From: a bacterium
GTDB lineage: Bacteria; UBA8248; JACPRG01; G963555815
Assembly (NCBI GenBank): GCA_965218795.1
Contig: OZ244653.1
Span: 64,001 to 128,000, forward strand
Reading direction: 5' to 3'
DNA length: 64,000 nucleotides
Both the position numbers and the translations under genes were made by a program. Below the pieces are notes generated by a model. That model saw nothing but the letters and a program-made list of their open reading frames with translations, searched no databases and was not told the origin of the DNA. Below, in pieces: positions 9,616 through 19,680 of the stretch (position 1 is the stretch's first letter; every line of letters starts with the position of its first letter).

Positions 9616-10553
9616 TATCTCGATCGTTCTTCGCGGGCGTAGGGGATGCCGAGGGCTGCGGGGGCGCCGAGCCGCCGTCGGACGGACTCGCGCGTCGCTA
9701 TGATGAGGATGCCGATGGTGAGGATGTAGGGCAGCATCATCAGGAAGTGGGCGGGAACCGCGGAGCCCACCGCCTGGATACGAAGCTGAAGGGCGTCCGC
9801 CCCGCCGAAGACGTAGGCGCCCAGGAACGCGCGGAGCGGATTCCAGCCGGCGAAAATGACGAGTGCAATGGCGATCCACCCGCGGCCCGCGGTCATGTGT
9901 TCGATCCACATGGTCGTGTAGGCCAGCGACAAGTACGCTCCGCCGATGCCCGCGAACGCGCCGCCCACCATGACGCAGCCGTAGCGAATCGAGTTCACCC
10001 GGACGCCCAGCGAATCCGCGCAGTCCGGGCTCTCTCCCACCGAACGGATGGAGAGTCCCAGGTGCGTCCGAAACAGCGTCCACCACGCCGCCGGGACGAT
10101 GAGGTAGGAAAAATAGACGAGCGCATCCTGCTGGAAGAAGATCGGACCCAGCCATGGGATCTCCGAAAGTCCGGGCAGGGGCCATTTGTCGATCCCGGGC
10201 GCCACCCGTCCAATCATGGACTGGCCGAAGAACCCGCTCAGCCCCGTCCCGAGGAGGGTCAGGGTCAGGCCGCTCACGATCTGATCGGCGCGCAGGGTGA
10301 TGGTCACATAGGCGTGGACCAGCGAGATGAGCGCTCCCAGGGCCGCGGCGGCGATGACGCCCGCGAGCGGGCTTTTCGTAACGAAGGTGGCGAAGAACCC
10401 CGCAATGGCCCCGATGAGCATCATGCCCTCGACGCCCAGATTCAGATTCCCGGACCGTTCTGCGAAGATCTCTCCGACGCAGGCGAAGAGGATGGGCGTG
10501 CCGGACCGGATCGTGGCCTGCAGGATCGCGAGGGTCAGATCACCGTAGTCCAA
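9615..10553 (-). CDS. ABC transporter permease (nucleoside/purine CUT2/BMP type)
   Basis: ERSGNLNLGVEGMM, AGRGWIAIALVIF, MLPYILT...PAALG. Confidence 0.92.
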   Translation of the reverse strand: MDYGDLTLAILQATIRSGTPILFACVGEIFAERSGNLNLGVEGMMLIGAIAGFFATFVTKSPLAGVIAAAALGALISLVHAYVTITLRADQIVSGLTLTLLGTGLSGFFGQSMIGRVAPGIDKWPLPGLSEIPWLGPIFFQQDALVYFSYLIVPAAWWTLFRTHLGLSIRSVGESPDCADSLGVRVNSIRYGCVMVGGAFAGIGGAYLSLAYTTMWIEHMTAGRGWIAIALVIFAGWNPLRAFLGAYVFGGADALQLRIQAVGSAVPAHFLMMLPYILTIGILIIATRESVRRRLGAPAALGIPYAREERSR

Positions 10554-11631
10554 TGGCCGCCTCCGTTCGTTTCAGAACGATTCGGTAGCGGGCGAGGATA
10601 TCCCCTCCCAAAACGAAAAACAGGATCAAGGCCTGAATGATCAGGACGATGTTCACCGGGAGGCGCATAGTGATCTGAAGGGCCTCGCCCCCGACATAGA
10701 GCCCTCCCATCAGGAGCGAGACGAGGACCACCCCCCAGGGGTTTCGTCGGGCCAGCCAGGCAACGATGATAGCGGTGTATCCGTACGGCGCGGAGGCCGG
10801 GGAAATGCCGTGAAGCAGCCGCAGTTGAATCCCCGTTACCTCGGCCATGCCGGCCAGTCCCGAAAGCCCGCCGCTGATGAGCATCACCAGGACGATGTTG
10901 CGGCCGGTATTCATCCCCGCATATTGGGCGGCCTTGGGGTTCTCGCCCATGACCGAAATCTCGTACCCCCATCGGCTGCGCTCCTGGAGGAAATACAGGA
11001 TGATCGCCGCCACGACCGCGAAGATGATCCCCAGGTGGACTCGGCTGTCGCCGAACCGGAAGAGCTGCGCGCCCTCGGGGAACTGCCTCGTCAGGGGAAA
11101 GTTGAGCGTCCCGGGGTCCTTCCAGGGGCCGTACACGAGAAAGTCGACCCAGAGGATGGCCACGTAGTTCATCAACAGGGTCGTGATGATTTCGTTGACG
11201 CCCAGCCTGACCTTCAGGAGGGCGGGGATAAGCGCCCAGATGGCCCCGGCGATCATCGCTACGGCCATCATCGTCGGGATCATCGCCCAGGCAGAGCCTT
11301 CCCAACCCGTGAGGACGATCCAGGTGGCCGCGAACGCGCCCATGTGAAGCTGGCCCTCGGCGCCGATGTTCCAGAAGAGCATCTTGAACGTCAGCATCAC
11401 GCCGAGCCCGCAAAGCATCAAGGGCGTCGCCTTGACCAGGGTCTCTGAGAGCCCGTAGCCCGTACCGAAGGCCTCGCCGAACATTTCCGAGTAGGCGGCG
11501 ATCGGGTTGGTTCCCGTCCCAAGGAGAATGAACCCGCCGACGATCAGCGCCAATAACACCGAGCCGACGGGGATCATGTACTCCAGCCCTTTGGACCGCT
11601 CGAGCCGCATCTCCAGACGGATGGCCGCCAT
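10540..11631 (-). CDS. ABC transporter permease (nucleoside/purine CUT2/BMP type)
   Basis: WNIGAEGQ, VNEIITTLLMNY, GYTAIIVAWLAR. Confidence 0.92.
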   Translation of the reverse strand: MAAIRLEMRLERSKGLEYMIPVGSVLLALIVGGFILLGTGTNPIAAYSEMFGEAFGTGYGLSETLVKATPLMLCGLGVMLTFKMLFWNIGAEGQLHMGAFAATWIVLTGWEGSAWAMIPTMMAVAMIAGAIWALIPALLKVRLGVNEIITTLLMNYVAILWVDFLVYGPWKDPGTLNFPLTRQFPEGAQLFRFGDSRVHLGIIFAVVAAIILYFLQERSRWGYEISVMGENPKAAQYAGMNTGRNIVLVMLISGGLSGLAGMAEVTGIQLRLLHGISPASAPYGYTAIIVAWLARRNPWGVVLVSLLMGGLYVGGEALQITMRLPVNIVLIIQALILFFVLGGDILARYRIVLKRTEAAIGLR

Positions 11632-13207
11632 CAGTGAGCCTCTTCCGGAACGGAATCCGAGGAACCCTGCGAACCCGCGGGAGATTCATCGGTGAACCGC
11701 TTGGCCCCCGCCATCATGAGACCGACGGTTTCAACGTCTGCGTCGATGAGCGGAAGGATCCCCATGATCTCTCCCGAGAACAGGACCCCAATGCGGTCGC
11801 TGAGCGAGAACAGCTCTTCCAGGTCTTCGGAGATGAGCAGGACAGCCGTTCCTTCCTGGCGATGCTGGTCGAGGGTTTTTCGGATGAAATCGGTCGCTCC
11901 GACGTCGAGTCCCCGGGTCGGGGACATGACAACCAGGAGCCTGTGGTGAGAGGATATCTCCCGCGCCAGGATCACCTTCTGCAAATTGCCGCCGGAAAGC
12001 AGGCGCACGGCGACCTCATGACCGGGGGCGGCAATGTTGAACCGATTGATCAGTTCATCGGCGAAACCGTCGATCAAATCAAAATTGAGGAACGGTCCGT
12101 TGGCGAACTTGCCCTCACGGTACTGCTTGAGAACGACATTTTCGGACAAGGACAGGTTCCCCACCGAGGCGACCCCGTTGCGGTCGGCCGGCACGTAGGC
12201 AACGCCCGCTTCGATGTAGTCCCGCGCTCGGGCCCCCGTCATCTCACGGCCGTCCAGCCGGATCATCCCGCCCGTCTGGGGCCGCATGCCCGTGATCGCT
12301 TCGGCCAGCTCCTCCTGGCCGTTGCCCGCCACGCCGGCGATGCCCAGGATCTCTCCCGCCGCCACCGTCAGGCTGACGCCCTTCAGGGCGGGGAGGCGGC
12401 GATCGTTGAGCACGCTGAGGTCCTGGACCTCCAGGACCTGTTCTCCCAACCGCGGCTCCTTGTGCTCGACGTCGAACAACACTTCCCGACCCACCATCAT
12501 CTTGGAGATCTCCCGCTGATCGGTCCGATTGGGTGTGGCCGATCCCACCACCCGTCCTCCTCGGAGGACCGTAATCCGCGTGGAGATCTCCATGACTTCG
12601 TCGAGTTTATGGGAAATGAAGACGATGGAATGCCCTTCCGCCGTCATAGCGCGAAGGGTGACGAATAATTCCCGGGATTCCTGCGGGGTTAACACGGCCG
12701 TGGGTTCGTCGAGAATGAGAATTTTGGCGCCCCTGAAGAGCGTCTTGAGGATCTCCACCCGTTGCTGCTCGCCGATGGACAGCTGCCAAATGTACGCCTT
12801 GGGATCCACCTTGAGGCCGTATTGCTCGGTGAGTTGGGTGGTCTGCGCTTCCACGTCCTTCAAATTGAGCCGCCCGAACCCGCCCTCCATCCCCAGGATG
12901 ATGTTCTCGGCGACGGTGTGGGAGGAAACCAGCTTGAAGTGCTGGTGGACCATTCCGATCCCCTTGGCGATGGCATCCCGCGGCGAGCGGAAGTGGACCG
13001 GTTCCCCCTCGATATAGATGTTTCCGGCGTCGGCGCGGTAGATGCCCGTCAGGATGTTCATGAGCGTGCTTTTTCCGGCGCCGTTTTCGCCGAGAAGGGT
13101 ATGCACCTCCCCCCCAGGATGTCCAGGTTCACATCTTCGTTGGCGACAACGCCGGGGAACCGTTTGGTGATCCCTTTCATCGAGACAGCGGCGTTGTGTC
13201 CAGTCAA
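11631..13207 (-). CDS. ABC transporter ATP-binding protein (tandem NBD), apparent -1 frameshift at a G7 run
   Basis: MKGITKRFPGVVANEDVNL lies in one frame and VHTLLGENGAGKST...LSGGNLQK in the next. One extra G in the run at 13109-13115 joins them (LGGEVHTLLGENGAGKS). Confidence 0.88.
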
Positions 13208-13397
13208 GGTGTGGAGTCTCCCGGTTGGATGCGGTGCCTTTGAGCGGGCTGTACGGATTCGGCTGGAGAAAAAGTTCCGCCTCCCGGAATTTGGGCCATG
13301 CCGATCGGAGCCGTCATGCCCGAAGACAGGCGGGGGCGGCCCTGGGCCGCCACCCGTCCATCTTAGGATAAGCGAAATGGAGCGGAAGGAACAGAGA

Positions 13398-14489
13398 CTA
13401 CTTGGGAATCTTACCCACGACGCCTTCAACAAAGAAGCTCATGCCGAGCATATCCTTGTCGGACATCTTGCCGGAGCTCTGACGGACCTTGCCCGTCTGG
13501 TCCTTGATGACCCCTTCGAAGACGTCGAACTTGCCCGCGATGATTTCGGCCTTCTTCTTGTTGACCCGGTCGCGAAGGGCCTGTGGAACCATGTTGCCGA
13601 AACTTGCGATTTTGATGATCCCCTCCTTCATGCTGCCCCAGTACTGGGTGGTCTTCCAGGTACCCTGACGGACCTGGTCGGCGACCAGTTTGTAGACGAC
13701 GCCCCAATCCCAGATGGGCGCTGTCAGGTGGGCCTTCGGCGCGAAGGAGGACATGTCGGAGTTGTAACCGATACTGTAGCGTCCCCGCTTCTGCGCAGCC
13801 TGCTGCGGCGCAGGGGTATCCTGGTGCTGGGCGATGACGTCCGCGTTGACGTCGAGCAGGCTCTCGGCTGCTTCCCGCTCCTTCGCCGGGTCATACCAGG
13901 TCTGCGTCCAGACCACCCGGACCTTCGCGGCGGGGTTGGCCGCACGCACGCCCAGCGCAAAGGCGTTGATGCCGCGGATGACTTCCGGAATCGGGTGCGC
14001 CGCCACATAGCCGACCACGTTGGATTTCGTCATCTTTCCCGCGACAATACCGGTCAGATACCGGGGCTGATACATCCGTCCGAAATACGTGCCCACGTTC
14101 TTGGCTGTCTTGAACCCTCCGCAGTGCATGAACACCACGTTGGGCGCCCGCTTTGCCACGTTGATCGTGGGGTCCATGTAGCCGAAGCTCGTGGTGAAGA
14201 TCAGGTTGTAGCCGCGGCGAACGTATTGTCGGATGACCCGTTCGGATTCGGCTCCCTCGGGGACGGATTCCGTAAAAGCCGTCGGGAGCACGAAGGGAAG
14301 CTTTTCCAAGGCCTTCCGCCCATTGTCGTGGGCAAGCGTCCATCCCGCGTCCCCCACCGGGCTCACGTAGACGAACGCCGCCTTGATTTTGGCCTGAGGC
14401 TTCAGGGCCTGAGCGCCGGGCGTCGGCGTCAGGGCCGCCAGAACGAGTCCGAGACTCAGAATGCCTAGAAGCTTCCATCGATGACTCAT
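13398..14489 (-). CDS. BMP-family ABC substrate-binding protein (purine nucleoside type)
   Basis: Signal peptide, FVYVSPVGDAGW, TTSFGYMD, IPEVIRGINAF, WYDPAKE, QHQD. Confidence 0.92.
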   Translation of the reverse strand: MSHRWKLLGILSLGLVLAALTPTPGAQALKPQAKIKAAFVYVSPVGDAGWTLAHDNGRKALEKLPFVLPTAFTESVPEGAESERVIRQYVRRGYNLIFTTSFGYMDPTINVAKRAPNVVFMHCGGFKTAKNVGTYFGRMYQPRYLTGIVAGKMTKSNVVGYVAAHPIPEVIRGINAFALGVRAANPAAKVRVVWTQTWYDPAKEREAAESLLDVNADVIAQHQDTPAPQQAAQKRGRYSIGYNSDMSSFAPKAHLTAPIWDWGVVYKLVADQVRQGTWKTTQYWGSMKEGIIKIASFGNMVPQALRDRVNKKKAEIIAGKFDVFEGVIKDQTGKVRQSSGKMSDKDMLGMSFFVEGVVGKIPK

Positions 14490-14914
14490 CGCTTTCTCCT
14501 CTCTGGAACAGGTGTTCGTTCCAATGGGGGCCGCTTTGAATCCGACCCCCGCTCTCCTCTGACTCGAGGATTCGAATGCTCCACCGGACGCCCCGGAGGG
14601 CACGATTCCGGCGGCAGCGTCCGATATCTTGGTGTCTCCTGATTTTTCACATATTAACATTATCCGGATGACGACAATTTCCGATGGGCGGGCCTCCGGA
14701 TAGGGACTCTTGAGGAAATCATGCCCGGGTCCGTTCCGTTACGCGGGGACTCCCGGATAGCTGGATGACCGCTTGTTGTCGAAAGCCGCCGCTCCAGGTC
14801 CGGGAATGAACGAGCTAAGGATTTGCGGTATTCTTGCGCGGACGGCGGACCACAAGTACAGGAGCATTGCTCCGGCTATCCGGTAGAAAACTGCCGAGAA
14901 GGACAGGTCGTCCA

Positions 14915-16600
14915 ATGAGCACGGCGACAACAGCGCGTGCACCCACCCTGATGGCTTCACCGCGGCGTCGGCTGTCCGCCTGGACGGTCACGCTATGGTG
15001 CCTCGGGGGGGGCATCGCCCTGGGGATTGTGCTTCCCACGGTATACTTGTTCGTCCGGTCCATGGACGGACCTCCGGCCGAATTCATTCATACCTTGTGG
15101 CGGCCCGTCGTCGGCCGTTACATGTTGAACACGCTCGGATTGACCGCCGTGACGACGTTTTGCGCCTGCGCTCTGGGGACGGTGGCGGCTTGGGTGATCG
15201 CCCGCTCGGACATTCCGGGGGCCAAAGGATGGACGGTCCTGTTGAGTCTTCCGCTGGCCGTTCCCTCCTACATCGGGGCCTATGCATACCTGGCGGCCTT
15301 CGGCCCGAATACGTTGATCGGCAAAACCTTGTTGACGCCACTGGGATTGACTCTCCGGGAAAGCTTCTGGGGCGCGGCCCTGCTGCTGACTTCCCTGACG
15401 TACCCTTATGTCATGCTGCCGGTTCGCACTCAGCTCTTGCGGATGGACCCCGGGCTGGTCGAGGCCTCCCGAAGCCTCGGCGTGGAAGGCTGGAAGACCT
15501 TTATCCGGGTGACGGTGCCTCTGCTGCGCCCCGCGATTGTGGCCGGGGGTCTGCTTGTTGCCCTCTATGTGATCAGCGATTTCGGGGCCGTGGCGATGCT
15601 GGAGTTCCGGTCGTTCACGTATGTGATCTTTCTTGAGCAGGAATCGCTGTTCAATCGGCAGCGGGCGGCTATCCTGGCGTTGCTTTTGGTCGCCCTCACC
15701 CTGGTCATCCTGGCGGTGGAGATGATGTGGCGGACTCGCGGGCGATACGAAGTGCGCGGGGTTCGCACCCTACTCTCCAGGCCGCGTATCCCTCTGGGGG
15801 TCTGGAAGGGTCCCGCAATCGCCCTCTGCGCTCTCATGGCGACGCTGGGGCTCCTGGTGCCGGCGGGGACGGTGGCCTATTGGTTCATTCAGGGCCTGGG
15901 AGACCCGACGCTTGACCTGAGCTGGGTCTGGAGGTCCACGTGGGATTCGGTTCAGGCCGCGATCCTTGCGGCTTCCGCCTGCGCCTTGGCGGCGATTCCG
16001 GTTGCGGTTTTGAGCGTCCGGCATCCGGGGAAGGGGAGTCTCCTGGTCGAGCGGGCGACCTATGCCGGTTTCGCCATCCCGGGAATCGTGGTCGCGCTGG
16101 CGCTGGTCTATTTCTCCCTTTTCCTTCCCCGGCAGGTGGAGTCTTTCGCCCGGTGGTGGGGATGGTCTCCTGAAACCGCGACGACCGTCTCGGGGGTTTT
16201 TCACTACTACCAGACCCTTCCGGTCCTCATTTTCGCTTATGTGGTTCTCTTCCTCCCGCAGGCCGTGGGCTCCACCCGCGCCTCCCTTCTTCAGGTTCCG
16301 AAGAACCTGGAGGAAGCCGGGCGCAGCCTGGGGCGGTCCAGCTGTACTGTGTTCAGGACCATCACGTTGCCTCTGGTGTTTCCCGGCGTATTGTCCGGGG
16401 GCGCCTTGGTCTTCCTGACCACGATCAAGGAATTGCCCGCGACCCTGTTGCTGAGCCCGATTGAATTCCGTCCGCTGGCCGCGATGGTCTTTGACCGGAT
16501 GGAGGATGCCTTTTTCGCAGAGGCGGCGGCACCCGCGCTGATTCTGCTTCTCTTCTCGATGTTGGCGATGATCGTCATCGTCAAACGGGAAGGCGTATGA
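14915..16600 (+). CDS. Fe(III) ABC transporter permease (FbpB/FutB type)
   Basis: Duplicated permease with PLAVPSYIGAY, EASRSLG, ALYVISDFG, LEEAGRSLG, IKELPATLLL. Confidence 0.9.
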   Translation: MSTATTARAPTLMASPRRRLSAWTVTLWCLGGGIALGIVLPTVYLFVRSMDGPPAEFIHTLWRPVVGRYMLNTLGLTAVTTFCACALGTVAAWVIARSDIPGAKGWTVLLSLPLAVPSYIGAYAYLAAFGPNTLIGKTLLTPLGLTLRESFWGAALLLTSLTYPYVMLPVRTQLLRMDPGLVEASRSLGVEGWKTFIRVTVPLLRPAIVAGGLLVALYVISDFGAVAMLEFRSFTYVIFLEQESLFNRQRAAILALLLVALTLVILAVEMMWRTRGRYEVRGVRTLLSRPRIPLGVWKGPAIALCALMATLGLLVPAGTVAYWFIQGLGDPTLDLSWVWRSTWDSVQAAILAASACALAAIPVAVLSVRHPGKGSLLVERATYAGFAIPGIVVALALVYFSLFLPRQVESFARWWGWSPETATTVSGVFHYYQTLPVLIFAYVVLFLPQAVGSTRASLLQVPKNLEEAGRSLGRSSCTVFRTITLPLVFPGVLSGGALVFLTTIKELPATLLLSPIEFRPLAAMVFDRMEDAFFAEAAAPALILLLFSMLAMIVIVKREGV

Positions 16601-16688
16601 CGCCTGCTGCCATCCGATTCCAGCGAATTGTCCTGTCTTCATTCATGCGTGCGCATTCCTTATGAAAGATTCCCCGACAGACTGAGCC

Positions 16689-17792
16689 ATGAACTCATCT
16701 GCACGACAGACCGGGAAGGCCATCGTCCAGATGGAAAACGTCTGGATGCGATACGCCAGAGGTCAACCCTGGGCGGTGGAGGACTTGAGTCTCGAGGTCA
16801 CTCAAGGGGAGACCCTGACGCTGCTGGGTCCCAGCGGTTGCGGCAAGACATCTGTCTTGCGCCTGATTGCGGGATTTGAAGCCCCCCAGCAAGGCGTCAT
16901 CCGGATTGGCGGCAGGACCGTGGTCGGCGGAACGGAATGGCAGCCTCCCGAGCGGCGGGAGGTGGGCATGGTGTTCCAGGATTTGGCCCTCTTTCCCCAT
17001 CTCACGGTCGAGAAGAACGTGGCCTTCGGGCTGTACCGATGGACGGGGGAAAATCGCGAGGAACGCGTTCGCGAGGTTTTGCAACTGGTCAACCTGAACG
17101 GATTGCGGGGCCGGTATCCTCACGAACTTTCGGGCGGCCAACAGCAGAGGGTCGCTCTGGCGAGGGCCCTGGCGCCGAGCCCCCAGTTGATTTTGTTGGA
17201 TGAGCCGTTCAGCGGGTTGGACGCCGACATGCGCCGTCAGGTCCGCCGTGAGGTCAAGGAAATTCTCGCCCGATCGGGATTGACCGCCATCTTCGTGACC
17301 CACGATCAGGTCGAAGCGTTTGATTTGTCCGACAAGATTGCGGTCATGAATCGTGGGCGGATCGACCAGGTGGACAATCCGGAAAATCTGTACCATCACC
17401 CGGAGTCTCTTTTTGTCGCGCGATTTCTCGGCTTGGCGGATTTGATTCCGGGAAAGATTCGGGGAGAGCGGGTCGAGACGGCCCTGGGGAACTTCCTGTT
17501 CGTTCCGGTGGAAGATCCGCTGATCGAAGGCGCGCCGGTCGAGGTGATCATTCGACCGGCCGACGTGGATGTCATTCCCTCCGCGGACGGGGAGGCCTCG
17601 GTCGTCGCGAGGCACTTTCGGGGGTCGGACAACCTGTATACCATCACGCTCCCGTCCGGCGGGAGCGTCCGGAGTCAGACCCCATGGGATTTTATTCTCG
17701 ATCTCGGCACCCGGGTGACCATTACGGTCGAGCCCATGCGTGTGGTGATCTTCCCTTCGCTCCCGGAGGATGCGGGAGAGACGGGACCTTAG
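16689..17792 (+). CDS. Fe(III) ABC transporter ATP-binding protein (FbpC type)
   Basis: GPSGCGKT, PPERREVGMVFQD, LSGGQQQRVALARAL, C-terminal TOBE-like region. Confidence 0.9.
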   Translation: MNSSARQTGKAIVQMENVWMRYARGQPWAVEDLSLEVTQGETLTLLGPSGCGKTSVLRLIAGFEAPQQGVIRIGGRTVVGGTEWQPPERREVGMVFQDLALFPHLTVEKNVAFGLYRWTGENREERVREVLQLVNLNGLRGRYPHELSGGQQQRVALARALAPSPQLILLDEPFSGLDADMRRQVRREVKEILARSGLTAIFVTHDQVEAFDLSDKIAVMNRGRIDQVDNPENLYHHPESLFVARFLGLADLIPGKIRGERVETALGNFLFVPVEDPLIEGAPVEVIIRPADVDVIPSADGEASVVARHFRGSDNLYTITLPSGGSVRSQTPWDFILDLGTRVTITVEPMRVVIFPSLPEDAGETGP

Positions 17793-17991
17793 GAGAGCGT
17801 GCCTCCGCCCTTGCGCAGCCGGCCTGCTCGGAGCAAATCAACGACGCTCGCCTCGCGCATGAAGGCCATGGATATCAAAAAAACCGCCATCGTAACCCAC
17901 GGGTTCTCGATGGATCTTGAATCGATTCTGCGCCGGGGACACGCTGAATACGCCTTTTCGGGAAAGAGTTCAGTTTTTGCGATTTTTTTGT

Positions 17992-18023
17992 TTGACATGG
18001 CGCATTAAGTTAACTATAGTTAA
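17992..18023 (+). promoter_or_regulatory. Sigma70 promoter with overlapping palindromic operator (candidate DtxR/MntR box)
   Basis: TTGACA (17992) - 17 bp - TATAGT (18015). The perfect palindrome TTAACTATAGTTAA (18010-18023) covers the -10 element directly upstream of the DtxR-family gene. Confidence 0.8.
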
Positions 18024-18053
18024 TAAAATTGGATCAAGAGAAAAGGATTCGAA

Positions 18054-18602
18054 ATGTCTAACTCCCACAAGCGGTCCCCTGAAGTGCTCAGCCCGAGCCA
18101 GGAGCATTACCTCCGGGCGATCTGGTTGATTCAGTCCGAGAAGGGTTACGCCCGGGTCACGGATATCGGGAACGAATTGGGCGTCGCCAAGGCGGCTGTA
18201 TCAAACGCCGTCAAGACGCTCAGGAAAGAAGGTCTTGTCGATCACCGGCATTACGAACAGGTGTCGCTCACGGAGAAGGGGGTCCGTCACGCGCAGGAGA
18301 TCTCGAGTCGGTATGCAATCATCCATACCTTCCTGGAGGAAGTGCTGGGGGTGGAACAGGAGGCGGCGGTGCTGGATGCATGCCTGTTGGAACACTACGT
18401 CTCCGCCCCCACGATCGATCGTCTGATTGACCTCATTCGCTTTTTCGAAGTGGATAAAGAAAAGAAAGTTCTCGAACGATTCCGGGAATACCGGCGGGAG
18501 TGCGAAAGCGATGATTCCTGTCGCATCTGCAGTTTTCATTGTGACGTCCTCCTCTCGCCGGATGAATTGATTTCACCGGAGCTGCCGGGAGGTTCCAAGT
18601 GA
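18054..18602 (+). CDS. DtxR/MntR-family metal-dependent repressor with a Cys-rich tail
   Basis: SQEHYLRAI...ARVTDI...AVSNAVKTL wHTH, DACLLEHYVS metal site, C-terminal CESDDSCRICSFHC. Confidence 0.92.
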   Translation: MSNSHKRSPEVLSPSQEHYLRAIWLIQSEKGYARVTDIGNELGVAKAAVSNAVKTLRKEGLVDHRHYEQVSLTEKGVRHAQEISSRYAIIHTFLEEVLGVEQEAAVLDACLLEHYVSAPTIDRLIDLIRFFEVDKEKKVLERFREYRRECESDDSCRICSFHCDVLLSPDELISPELPGGSK

Positions 18603-18808
18603 AGCGGGCGGAGGAGGAGGACTTGAAATTCCGGGCCGTCCTTCCGCCGAAGGGATCCGGGAAGCCGGAACCTGTTGGAAAAGACGCCCCGGAGAGCCTC
18701 GACGTAGCGGAAATTCTTCGGGGCAGGAGACGGATCAACCTGCTCCACGGAGGCGAAGTGTACCGCCTCCAGGTGACGAGACAGGGGAAACTGCTCCTGA
18801 CCAAATAG
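18599..18808 (+). CDS. hemP: HemP/HmuP-family protein
   Basis: LDVAEILRGRRRINLLHGGEVYRLQVTRQGKLLLTK matches the HemP C-terminal signature. Confidence 0.9.
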   Translation: MKRAEEEDLKFRAVLPPKGSGKPEPVGKDAPESLDVAEILRGRRRINLLHGGEVYRLQVTRQGKLLLTK

Positions 18809-18836
18809 CCGGCGGAACCTGGAGCCGAACGAACCC

Positions 18837-18925
18837 AGCAAGCCACTTCAGCCTGAGTCGCGCCGATTCGGGATTGAGGAAGCAAGCCAGGGAGATGTCC
18901 CGAGGGATATTCCCTGGCTTTTTTT
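18837..18925 (+). terminator. Intra-operon terminator overlapped by the second of two AGCAAGCCA direct repeats (candidate attenuator)
   Basis: AGCAAGCCA at 18837 and 18881. Hairpin AAGCCAGGGA-G-ATGTCC-CGAG-GGATAT-TCCCTGGCTT (18884-18920) followed by a T run. Confidence 0.8.
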
Positions 18926-18988
18926 GTCCGTGGACTCCCGGAAGGACGGGGTAATCGGATTCGGGATGGGAAACAGGGGAGGGCCGCA

Positions 18989-19605
18989 GTGTCCGGTCAG
19001 ATCGAAGTTTCTTTGAAAAAGCTGGCCCTCTGCCCGAGAACCTCCCTCCCGATTCTGATTCTGGAATCGCTGGACGGAGCGAGGTTTCTCCCCGTGTGGG
19101 TGACGTACCCGGAGTGGGCGGTTTTTGCTCAGCAGCCGATGCAGGAGGTTGCCCTGGAGCCCGCGTTCTGGCCGATTGTCGTAGGGCTCCTGCGGGCCGG
19201 CAAGGCCAGCTTCGGGACGTGAGCATCGAGCGGGAGGGTTCGCGTTACATCGCCTGGCTCACCATCGAGGACGTCCAGGGGGAAAGGAAGCTCAAGACGC
19301 GGGCGGGCGAGGCCGTCGCACTGGCGGGGAAAGCGAATGCGCCCATTCGCGCACGCGTGGATCAACTCGTCGTCAGGGGTGTGATATTCCGGCGGGAACG
19401 GACGGAGACGGCCGCGAGTGGTCCGATTGGCTCAAGAAAGTCCGCCCAGCGGATTTCTCGGAATCCGGATGAAGGGAGGGAGGATAGACATCGGATTGGA
19501 AATGGCTTAGGGCGCAATAAAAAGGGGCTATCGGCAGCAGAACTGGGGAGTTCGGCCGATAGCCCCGGCACCGACACTTCGGGTCCGCCCCTCCGCGCCG
19601 GATGA
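18989..19605 (+). CDS. Divergent DUF151/bifunctional-nuclease-like protein 1 (apparent -1 frameshift near 19204)
   Basis: LALCPRTSLPILILESLDGARFLPVWV in frame 1, then QLRDVSI...YIAWLTI...KTRAGEAVALAGKANAPI in frame 2. Adding one G to AAGG joins them. Confidence 0.7.
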
Positions 19606-19680
19606 GTCCATTCTACCGGGCGTAGAACAAAAGGCCAACCGTCGCCGGGGCAGGCCCGCCTTTCAAGGGAGGTGGGTAGC

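Noticed and set aside
14490-14914. Riboswitch upstream of the purine-type BMP operon
   Set aside because: No recognisable purine or other riboswitch consensus by eye. An Rfam scan would be needed.
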